A DNA stretch of 7,020 nucleotides from Octopus sinensis (GCF_006345805.1 NW_021829040.1:1-7020); one strand, 5' to 3'. Shown: positions 1-6,960, numbered from the stretch's first letter. The notes: generated by a model from the letters alone, not told the origin. Numbers and translations: made by a program.

Positions 1-62
1 TATATTATTATTACATTATTATCATTATTATTATTATTATTTTATTATTATTATTATATATT
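1..62. repeat. Degenerate (ATT)n/(TAA)n microsatellite at the 3' end of the R4/Dong element
   Basis: Directly visible: ttattattacattattatcattattattattatt. Confidence 0.95.
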
Positions 63-1390
63 ATTTTTCCTTCTTTCTTCAAATTTGCTCCGTTTCTCGC
101 CGGTGTTTTCCATACACTTAGGGCAGAGAAGCTCATTGCATGCATTCCCAGATTACACACGCAAATTCACAGATAAAATATGTATTTAAAAATTAATAAA
201 TAAATAAATTCATGTATGGATGTTGTTTTCACAGCGATAATGCTCTTCTCAGTACATGAGCCGTTCCAGTTAATACGATTTTTTGCACTTCCTGTAGGGA
301 TGGTAAGCCTGGAATCATTTTCAAATAGGTTTCAGTACCTTTTTTTATCATTCCTAGAGACCCTTCAATCACTGGTACTGTAGTCGCCTTAAGATGCCAC
401 ATTTTTTCAATTTCTATTAGCTGGTCTTTATATTTACTAATCTTGTCAAATTCTTTCGCCGCTATATTGTGATCGCAAGGGATACTCATGTCAATTAATA
501 AACACATCTTTTTTGTCTGATCTTTTATAATAATATCCGGTTTATTAGCTTTTATAGTCTTGTCGGTCTGTACGGGGAAGTCTCATAGAATCGACACATT
601 TTCTCCCTCAGTCACAGCTTCAGGATGGTGTTTATACCATTTGTCAGTGGTTTTGATTTTATAATGCCGACATATTGTCCAATGTAAATACTGGCCGACT
701 CTGTCATGTCTTGCTTTATATTCTGCAGGTGCTAAGACTCTACACCCTGAGATTAGGTGGTCTATTGTTTCAATCTCATCGTTACAGAATCGGCATTTTG
801 GGTCAGCTCCATTTTTTATCACATTGGCTTGGTAGTTCCGGGTTAATATACTTTGATCTTGAGCAGCTAATATGAAACCTTCACTCATTGCTTTTAGCCC
901 TGAGCTTCGTAACCATTGGTGCGTGTGTTTCTGGACGACATCAGCTTGTTTGCTACGGGCCACATACTTGCCATGGAGAGGTTTCTGTTCCCATCTGGTA
1001 GCTAAATTTTCATGTGTTTTTGTCTTTGCAATTAATTTTATTTTCTTTGCAGCTGCAGTTGGCGCATTTCCTTCAGCCTGATCAATCTGGTGGGTATCTA
1101 AGAGATCAGCAGCGAATTTTTTGCTCTCTTTGAGAATAGAGTGAAGTTTTTTCGGTCTTTCATGTTTTTCAACAAGTTGGTTGCTTCAAGGTATCTGGCC
1201 AGTCCTATTGTGGTGGTTTTGTATGTAAGTTCAAGCTGGATCAAACCTAGACCTCCCTGACCTCTGGGAAGGTAAAGGCGATCCACGTCTGCCTTTGGAT
1301 GGTGCATCTTATTACAAGTCAGTAGCTTGCGGATTTTTCTGTCAATTTTCATTATTTCACTGGTATTCCAGTTAAGCACATTGAAGCTAT
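61..1390 (-). mobile_element. 5'-truncated non-LTR retrotransposon of the R4/Dong clade (RLE type): post-RT region, zinc knuckle, restriction-like endonuclease and ~170-bp 3' UTR
   Basis: Three minus-strand pieces join into one polypeptide: SFNVLNW..KIDRKIRKLLTCNKMHHPKADVDRLYLPRGQGGLGLIQLE, then WEQKPLHGKY..LKAMSEGFILAAQDQSILTRNY..CRFCNDEIETIDHLISGC..YKARHDRVGQYLHW, then DFPVQTDKTIKANKPDIIIKD..CLLIDMSIP..KEFDKISKYKD..VPVIEGSLG..GTAHVLRRALSL*. These motifs are typical of R4/Dong/Rex6 ORFs. The TGA stop is at 229-231; the 3' UTR runs to ~61 and continues into (TAA)n. Confidence 0.9.
229..1390 (-). pseudogene. Disrupted C-terminal part of the R4/Dong ORF (CCHC knuckle, PD-(D/E)xK RLE domain); no start codon and no RT catalytic core in the window
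   Basis: One frameshift at ~1174-1178 (..YLEATN / LVEKHERPKKLHSILKES.. then open to 586) and one in-frame TGA at 583-585 where W is expected (SIL*DFP). Track ORFs 1098..1466, 583..963 and 229..507 are pieces of this; 583..963 and 229..507 share a frame. Confidence 0.9.
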
Positions 1391-1414
1391 TTATTATTAT
1401 TATTATTATTATTA
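1391..1414. repeat. (TTA)8 microsatellite abutting the 5' truncation point of the R4/Dong element
   Basis: ttattattattattattattatta lies immediately next to the point where ORF homology ends (..gaagctat). Confidence 0.95.
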
Positions 1415-1510
1415 TATACATAATACATACATATATATATGCATGTAAACGCATATATATATACATATATGTGTGCGTCTGTACGTGGTTGTGTATACAT
1501 ATATATATAG

Positions 1511-1551
<41 letters not shown>

Positions 1552-1707
1552 TATGTGTATATACATATATGTATGTTTATAGTTATTCATGTACGTACAT
1601 AAAATACGTACACACATACACAAAAACAATCACCACACACACACATCACAATACACTACATACATAATACATACATACATACATACATACATCATACATA
1701 TATATAT

Positions 1708-1779
<72 letters not shown>

Positions 1780-1780
1780 C
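1415..1780. repeat. Compound microsatellite block: (AT)n/(ACAT)n, perfect (AGAT)10 at 1511-1550, (AC)n, (ACAT)n and long (AT)n at ~1698-1773
   Basis: Directly visible. Confidence 0.95.
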
Positions 1781-1991
1781 AAAATAAGAAAATGGAGAAA
1801 TACCCCTTAATCAATAATCAACTACCAGATATACCCAATCACATAATTTATTAAGCCACTGCATAATAAATGAATTAATTGCAATCGAAATTCTTAACAT
1901 TATGTATTACTTTGTTGGGTGCTTTACTAGCAGTATATTGGTATATGTTATCCCATGGTGGGTTGCAACCACAACCCCTATCTCAATTTAT

Positions 1992-1998
<7 letters not shown>

Positions 1999-2033
<35 letters not shown>

Positions 2034-2039
2034 TATATA
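1999..2039. repeat. (AT)n microsatellite
   Basis: Directly visible. Confidence 0.95.
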
Positions 2040-2158
2040 CAAGATGACTGAGTGGATGCAACGATCTGCATGCGAAATGCAAACAGTTGGAGGGGTATTA
2101 CGGATGTAATATAAGGAACGGGGAATTTTCGACCAATCAAGATTATGAATATAAACAA

Positions 2159-2316
2159 GGCGCAGGAGTGGCTGTGTGGTAAGTCTTGCTTACGAACCAC
2201 ATGTTTCCGGGTTCAGTCCACTGCGTGGCACCTTGGGCAAGTGTCTTCCACTATAGCCTCGGGCCGACCAAACCCTTGTGGGTGGATTAGTAGACGGAAG
2301 CTGAAAGAAGCCCGTC

Positions 2317-2367
<51 letters not shown>

Positions 2368-2565
2368 CTGTATGTGTGTGTGTATATGTTTGTGTGTCTG
2401 TTTTTGTCCCCCAACATCGCTTGACAACCGATGCTGGTGTGTTTACGTCCCCGTAATTTAGCGATTCGGCAAAAAGAGACCGAATAAGTCCTGGGGTCGA
2501 TTTGCTCGACTAAAGGCGGTGCTCCAGCATGGCCACATTCAAATGATTGAAACAAGTAAAAGAGT

Positions 2566-2570
<5 letters not shown>
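2159..2570 (+). mobile_element. tRNA-derived SINE, family 1, near full length with an internal (AT)n/(GT)n tract
   Basis: Starts GGCGCAGGAG; A-box-like TGGCTGTGTGG at 2169-2179; B-box GGTTCAGTCC at 2210-2219; followed by CCTTGGGCAAG, a motif common in SINE central domains. Internal microsatellite at ~2317-2399. The 3' part ends ..GGCGGTGCTCCAGCATGGCC..GAAACAAGTAAAAGAGT and recurs at 6901-6955. It resembles an abundant octopus SINE from memory. Confidence 0.8.

Positions 2571-2613
<43 letters not shown>
2569..2613. repeat. (GA)n tract growing out of the SINE family 1 tail
   Basis: aaaagagtaaa(ga)n gtaag, directly visible. Confidence 0.95.
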
Positions 2614-2615
<2 letters not shown>

Positions 2616-2635
2616 AGTTAAGCAATGATCTTCCA

Positions 2636-3095
2636 TGTTTGAAAATTATTAACACTTTTCTCTTTGGCCCATCCCTGATCAACTACTTCAAGTTTCACTC
2701 GAAGAGGAAAATAAGGGTAGAGAAGGAAGTGTCGTCTTCTAGCCAGTTTGATAAATGGTGGATGAAAGTGGTGAGAATGGTGCGGGTGAAAGGACCTGCC
2801 CTAAGCATACGCCTGTAGTTGGAAGAAAAAAAAGGAAAGGAAAGGAAAAAAGGCACCTGCCCCGAAACTCAGAGTACCTATGGTATTTTTATGGGGTTTT
2901 TCCATGAGCTTCCCCCCGAACCGAACCTCCCTGTGGAGGATCACACGTTAATTTTTTTAATTTTGTTGGTCTTGTTTACACGCAACACCCTCAAAGCACC
3001 ACACACTAACACACATACTCACACACATTCTTTGTTTTGTCCTGTGCTGTCCATAATGCTTTTCTTAATATAAACCCTTGTGGTTAATGAGGAAA
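2636..3095 (+). mobile_element. LINE 3' end, copy A: probable L1/Tx1-clade ORF2 C-terminus (stop at 2816-2818) plus ~280-bp 3' UTR
   Basis: Peptide LKIINTFLFGPSLINYFKFHSKRKIRVEKEVSSSSQFDKWWMKVVRMVRVKGPALSIRL* resembles the Tx1-type ORF2 C-terminal pattern (F..R+R+E..F..W). Homologous to 3860-4110 and 4980-5397, all ending at the same 3' point before an ATT/ATC tract. The 5' boundary is approximate, and the clade call rests on my recognition of the motif only. Confidence 0.6.
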
Positions 3096-3120
3096 TCATC
3101 ATCATCCTCATCATCATTAT

Positions 3121-3240
3121 TTGCCTTTCATCATTTCGGGGAGGGGCGATAAATTAAGTACCAGTTGCGTACTGGATCGATCTAATCGACTGGACCCTTC
3201 CCTAAAAATTTCGGGCCTTGTGCCTAGAGTGGAAACGAAT
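3121..3240 (+). mobile_element. 3' fragment of SINE family 2
   Basis: TTGCCTTTCATCATTTCGGGG..GATAAATTAAGTACCAGTTGCGTACTGGATCGATCTAATCGACT..AAATTTCGGGCCTTGTGCC..GAAAC aligns with 4402-4535 and ends in (ATT)n. Confidence 0.8.
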
Positions 3241-3520
3241 TATTATTGTTATTATCATCATCATCATCATCATCATAATCATCATCAAGAATATTTATTA
3301 TTGTTGTTGTTGTTATTATTATTATTATTATCATCATGATCATCATCATCATTATTATTATTATTACTATTATTATCATTATTGATGTTTTCTTGCAGTA
3401 GTAGTAGTAGTCGTTGCTGTTACTGTTCATGATGCTATCTCCGTCGTCGTCATCCTCAACACCACCAGCAACCTCTTCCTCCCCCTCCTCCTCCACATTT
3501 TGTTATTGTCATTATTATTT
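3240..3520. repeat. Compound trinucleotide tract: ATT/ATC/GTT, then AGT, GTC, ACC and CTC motifs
   Basis: Directly visible low-complexity triplet runs. Confidence 0.85.
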
Positions 3521-3598
3521 AAAAATAAGTACCAGTTGAGCACTGGGAGTCGATGTAATCGTCTTACATCCTCTCCCTTGTGTCGAAATTTGAAACCT
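3521..3598 (+). mobile_element. Shorter 3' fragment of SINE family 2 with an internal deletion
   Basis: AAAATAAGTACCAGTTGAGCACTGGGAGTCGATGTAATCG..CCTTGTGTCGAAATTTGAAAC, homologous to 3151-3237 and 4431-4535; followed by (ATT)n. Confidence 0.8.
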
Positions 3599-3857
3599 TT
3601 ATTATTATTATTATTATTATTATATTTTTATTATTATTATTATTATATTTTTATTATTATTATTATTATTATTTTTATTTTGATTACTATTATATTTTTT
3701 TATTATTATTATTATTATTACTATTATTATTATTATTATTATTACTATTATTATTATTTTTATTTTTATTTTTATTATTATTATTGTTATTATTATTATT
3801 ATTATTATTATTTTTTTTTTTTTTTATTGCTGTTGTTGTTGTTGTTATCATTATTAT
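3598..3857. repeat. Long degenerate (ATT)n tract with poly-T and (GTT)n
   Basis: Directly visible. Confidence 0.95.
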
Positions 3858-3859
3858 AA

Positions 3860-4110
3860 GCCAAAGCACTCATGGTTTTATGGGGTTTTTCCGTGAGCAA
3901 CCTTCGAGTGTCTCCTCCCTTATTGATGAACTTGCACATTGTAAAAACGATTTATTTATTTTATTTATTTATTTTTTTACATTAAATCTGTTTATACGCT
4001 AAAAACTCTCAGAACAACAACAACAGCAACAAAACACACACACATATTCACTGTTTTGTCCTTCACTCTCCATAATGTTTCTTTTTTTATGTAATACCTT
4101 TGCGGTCAAT
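3860..4110 (+). mobile_element. LINE 3' end, copy C: 3' UTR only, the most diverged copy
   Basis: TTTTATGGGGTTTTTCCGTGAGC matches copy A TTTTATGGGGTTTTTCCATGAGC; CTGTTTTGTCCTTCACTCTCCATAATGTTT..GTAATACCTTTGCGGTCAAT matches the ends of copies A and B. Confidence 0.65.
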
Positions 4111-4296
4111 ATTATTATTATTATTAGTAGTAGTAGTAGTAGTAGTAGTGATGGTGGTGGTGATAGTAGTAGTAGTGGTGGTGGTGGTGGTAGTAGTAGT
4201 AGTAGCAGTCACCATCACCATCATTATTATCATTATTATTATTATTATTATTATCATTATTATTATTATTATTATTATTAGTGTTGTTGTTGTTAT
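4111..4296. repeat. Compound triplet microsatellite: ATT, AGT, GGT, ATC, ATT, GTT
   Basis: Directly visible. Confidence 0.95.
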
Positions 4297-4303
4297 TTAC
4301 TAA

Positions 4304-4541
4304 GGCGGCGTGCTGGCAGAAACGTTAGCACGCCGGGAAAAAATTGCTTGGCGGCATTTCGTCTGTCTTTACGTTCTGAGTTCAAATTTCGCCGACGTCG
4401 CATTTGCCGTTCATCCTTTCGGAGATCAATAAAATAGAGTACCATTTGAGCCCTGGGTGGGGGGTTCGATGTAATCGACTATCCCCCATCCCCTCTCCCC
4501 CCGAAATTTTTGGCCTTGAGCCAAAACGTGAAACAGTTATT
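4304..4541 (+). mobile_element. tRNA-derived SINE, family 2, full length
   Basis: Starts GGCGGCGTGCTGGCAG; A-box-like TGGCAGAAACG at 4314-4324; B-box-like GTTCAAATT at 4380-4388. Central GCCGTTCATCCTTTCGGAGATCAATAAAATAGAGTACC recalls a widely shared metazoan SINE domain (Meta-type; from memory, unverified). Ends GAAACAGTTATT. The 3' half recurs at 3121 and 3521. Confidence 0.8.
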
Positions 4542-4542
4542 G

Positions 4543-4963
4543 GGATCTTTTCGGTTTGAACGGCAGTTTTTAACATAATTTCTAGGTAACTAAAAAAATT
4601 TTAACTTCGTATACTGGTAGAATGTGTTTATAAAACATCTTTTTCTCTTGGCTTTATTGAGAAAATTCTATAGTTTGTAAGATATTTGTTGTTTTTTTTT
4701 CTTCAATTTCTGCAATTTCAACCAATCAATGACATCTATTGAGTTAAAAAGCATTCTGTGCCGTATGAATATGTCCCTCGTTTAAGAAACAGATTGGGTT
4801 TATTTACATTTGTGAAGAAAAAAGATACCCTTCCCCCTACACCTAACTAACCCTAACCCTAAAACAGATTGAAATGCAATAGATCGATTCTAGGGTCATA
4901 ATTATGGGTAACAATTTCATATGACACCGCTAGAAAAAACTGCCGTTCAAACCGAAAAGATCC
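4543..4963. mobile_element. Non-autonomous DNA transposon (MITE), 421 bp, with perfect 29-bp terminal inverted repeats; superfamily unresolved
   Basis: GGATCTTTTCGGTTTGAACGGCAGTTTTT at 4543-4571 is the exact reverse complement of AAAAACTGCCGTTCAAACCGAAAAGATCC at 4935-4963. AT-rich non-coding interior. No clean target-site duplication (left flank GTTATTG, right flank AATTATT). Confidence 0.9.
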
Positions 4964-4979
4964 AATTATTGTTATTATT

Positions 4980-5397
4980 GAAAAGGAAAAATAATGGTAG
5001 AGAGGGTAATGTCGTCTTCTGGCCAGTTTTCTTGAGGGGTGAATAAAAGTGACGAGAATGATGCGAGTGAACGGGCCTTGCTCTGAGCCTACGCCTTGTA
5101 GATTGCAAAAAAGCAAATGAAAAAAAAGGCGCCTGAACCAAAACTCAAGGCACATGTTTTTTTTTTGTTAATGGGGATTTTCCATGAGGAAGCCCTCGAG
5201 CGCCTCCTCCCTATTGCAGATTATACATTGTTGATTTCTTTCTTTATTTCTTTCTTTAAAATTTTGTTGGTCTTGTTTACACGCAGAACCCTCACAACCA
5301 CACACATCACGCACATACACACATTCATATTCTCTGTTTTGTCCTGTGCTGTCCATAATGTTTTTCTTAATGTAAACCCATGTAGGTAATAAAAAAA
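4980..5397 (+). mobile_element. LINE 3' end, copy B: frameshifted ORF2 C-terminal remnant plus 3' UTR, ending AATAAAAAAA
   Basis: Colinear with 2701-3095. Identical blocks: TTTTGTTGGTCTTGTTTACACGCA (2961-2984 = 5262-5285) and TGTTTTGTCCTGTGCTGTCCATAATG (3033-3058 = 5335-5360). AATAAA at 5388-5393, then an A-run and (TCA)n. Confidence 0.7.
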
Positions 5398-5636
5398 TCA
5401 TCATCATCATCATTATTATTATCATCATCATCGTCATTATTATTATTATTATCATTATCATTATTATTATTATCATCATTATCATTATTATTATTATTAT
5501 TATCATCATCATTATCATTATTATCATCATCATCATCATTATCATTATTATTATCATCATCATTATTATTATTATTATCATTATCATTATTATTATCATT
5601 ATTATTATTACTATCATTATTAGCATATCATTATCA

Positions 5637-5667
<31 letters not shown>

Positions 5668-5681
5668 CATTATCATCATCA

Positions 5682-5712
<31 letters not shown>

Positions 5713-5964
5713 TTATTATTATCATTATCATCATCATTATTATTATTATTATATTATTATTATTATCATTACATTATTATTATCATTATATTATTACTAT
5801 CATTATTATCATTATCATCATTTTTTTTTTTATTATTATATTATTATTATTATTATATTATTATATTATTATTATTATCATTATCATCATCATTATTATT
5901 ATTATATTTATTATCATTATTATCATTTATTATCATCATCATCATTGTTATTATTTTTTTTTTT
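5398..5964. repeat. ~570-bp degenerate (ATT/ATC)n microsatellite
   Basis: Directly visible. Confidence 0.95.
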
Positions 5965-6072
5965 CAGAATTGAACCCTGTAGGGGGTTGAAGTGAAATAG
6001 CTGGGAGTGAAAGGATGGAAGTGTAGAGTTGAGGTAGCAGTAGAAGGACCCAGTCGTAGCTACTGTCGGTTA

Positions 6073-6092
6073 GGGGCGGGGGCGGGGGTGGG
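6073..6092 (+). other. Canonical G-quadruplex-forming motif
   Basis: GGGG-C-GGGGG-C-GGGGG-T-GGG: four G-tracts with 1-nt loops. Confidence 0.6.
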
Positions 6093-6212
6093 AGGTGCGG
6101 GTATATTGGTAGTGTATATGTAGTAGTGCTGGCTGGTTATTTGGGTGCAGTGTAGTTGTGTGTTGATAGTGGAAAGTTTTTGGCAGGGTTCTGAAATGAT
6201 GATAGGTTTGCC

Positions 6213-6234
6213 GGGGTGGGGATAGGGGTGGGGG
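6213..6234 (+). other. Canonical G-quadruplex-forming motif
   Basis: GGGG-T-GGGG-ATA-GGGG-T-GGGGG. Confidence 0.6.
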
Positions 6235-6239
6235 CCGCG

Positions 6240-6505
6240 CGAGGTGGGTTGTGAATTGGGTGTTGAGGCAGTGGTAGCGGTGAAGGTGGAGGTGAAGGTG
6301 GTGGTAGTTGTGGTAGTGTTGTCGGTAGTGGTGGAAGTACCGGTGTTGTTGTTAGTGGTGGTTGTGGTGGTGGTGAGAAAGACGGTGTTGTTGTTGTTCG
6401 TGGTGGTGGTGGTGATGGCGATGGTGATGGTAGTGGTGGCAATGGTGGTGGTAGTGATATTGGTAGTACAGCTGCTGGTTGTAGCGGTTGTGGTGGTTGT
6501 AGTGT
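6240..6505. repeat. Degenerate (GGT/GTT/AGT)n triplet low-complexity region
   Basis: Directly visible; it produces the poly-Val and poly-Pro/Thr ORFs in the track. Confidence 0.85.
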
Positions 6506-6527
6506 TGCTGATAGGGGCAGCGAGGTG

Positions 6528-6545
6528 TTAGGGTTAGGGTTAGGG
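6528..6545 (+). repeat. (TTAGGG)3 telomere-type hexamer, interstitial
   Basis: ttagggttagggttaggg, directly visible. Confidence 0.9.
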
Positions 6546-6864
6546 CAGTGTTGTTGGGGTGCCCACTAATATTGCTTAATTTGTCATTGAAAACGAATTT
6601 TAATTTGGAGCCATGTAAAGTTGTGTTTAGATTACGTTAATCTGGTTACGAAGTTTAATGTAACCGGGTCCTCTTTGAGGGGTGGGCTTCTCTGGGGAAG
6701 CAAAATTGTAGCTAGACACTTCTGTTTGAAGTGGAGGACCTCAGGCTGAGAGAGAGAAACCAATTCCTTCTGAAGAATTTAGGTTATTACACCCCAAACC
6801 CCACCGTAACAACGTCGCAGAGATGGTGTCAACGTTGAATCAGAAATGGCGGGTTATCGGATAC

Positions 6865-6900
6865 GTGTGTGTGTGTGTGTGTATACATACATACATACAT
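6865..6900. repeat. (GT)n followed by (ACAT)n
   Basis: Directly visible. Confidence 0.95.
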
Positions 6901-6960
6901 CTAAAAGGCGGTGCTCCAGCATGGCCGCAGTCAAATGACGAAACAATAAAAGAGAAAGAT
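6901..6960 (+). mobile_element. 3'-terminal fragment of SINE family 1
   Basis: AAAGGCGGTGCTCCAGCATGGCC is identical at 2512-2534 and 6904-6926; similarity continues to the AAAAGAG tail. Confidence 0.85.

Noticed and set aside
675-1081. Plus-strand ORFs 675..875 and 872..1081
   Set aside because: They are antisense shadows of the R4/Dong ORF.
1781-2158. Non-repetitive-looking sequence with the palindrome GGTTGCAACC (1961-1970), a CCAAT at ~2133 and short ORFs
   Set aside because: No recognisable protein or RNA motif; short palindromes and CCAAT are expected by chance, and the ORFs cross an (AT)n tract.
78-3595. AAATTTGAA near the 3' end of both the R4/Dong UTR (78-86, minus strand) and a SINE2 fragment (3586-3594), hinting at a SINE/LINE partnership
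   Set aside because: It is only a 9-nt AT-rich match, is absent from the other SINE2 copies, and the tails have opposite repeat sense.
2961-5360. Identical 24-26-nt blocks recurring at a distance, superficially like CRISPR repeats
   Set aside because: Only two exact copies, 2.3 kb apart, inside longer homologous elements; there is no regular spacer array and the context is eukaryotic.
2819-5389. ORFs 2819..3073 and 5117..5389 share peptide similarity (MGxFHE, ILLVLFTR) and could look like a small gene family
   Set aside because: The similarity comes from the homologous LINE 3' UTR. The copies differ by many indels and lie downstream of the ORF2-like stop.
5954-5995. Strong splice-acceptor-like T-run plus CAG at 5954-5967
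   Set aside because: All three downstream frames hit a stop within 30 nt, and the T-run is the end of a degenerate ATT tract. A non-coding exon cannot be excluded but is unsupported.
1327-6531. Numerous track ORFs rich in Ile/Tyr/Leu/Val/Pro/Arg-Glu runs (e.g. 3500..3859, 3580..4002, 5168..5626, 6137..6442, 6244..6531)
   Set aside because: They are translations of di- and trinucleotide microsatellites that lack stops in some frames; there are no domain motifs or splice evidence.
6528-6545. CTAACCCTAAC on the minus strand (also on the plus strand at 4847-4857) as a possible telomerase RNA template
   Set aside because: Both are plain multi-unit hexamer runs, one inside a MITE; I could not identify a pseudoknot, CR4/5 or H/ACA elements.
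6756-6776. GAAAC followed by CTGAAGA, resembling hammerhead ribozyme core motifs
   Set aside because: Only 9 nt separate them, too few for stem III, the cleavage triplet and stem I; no stem II plus GAAA follows downstream.
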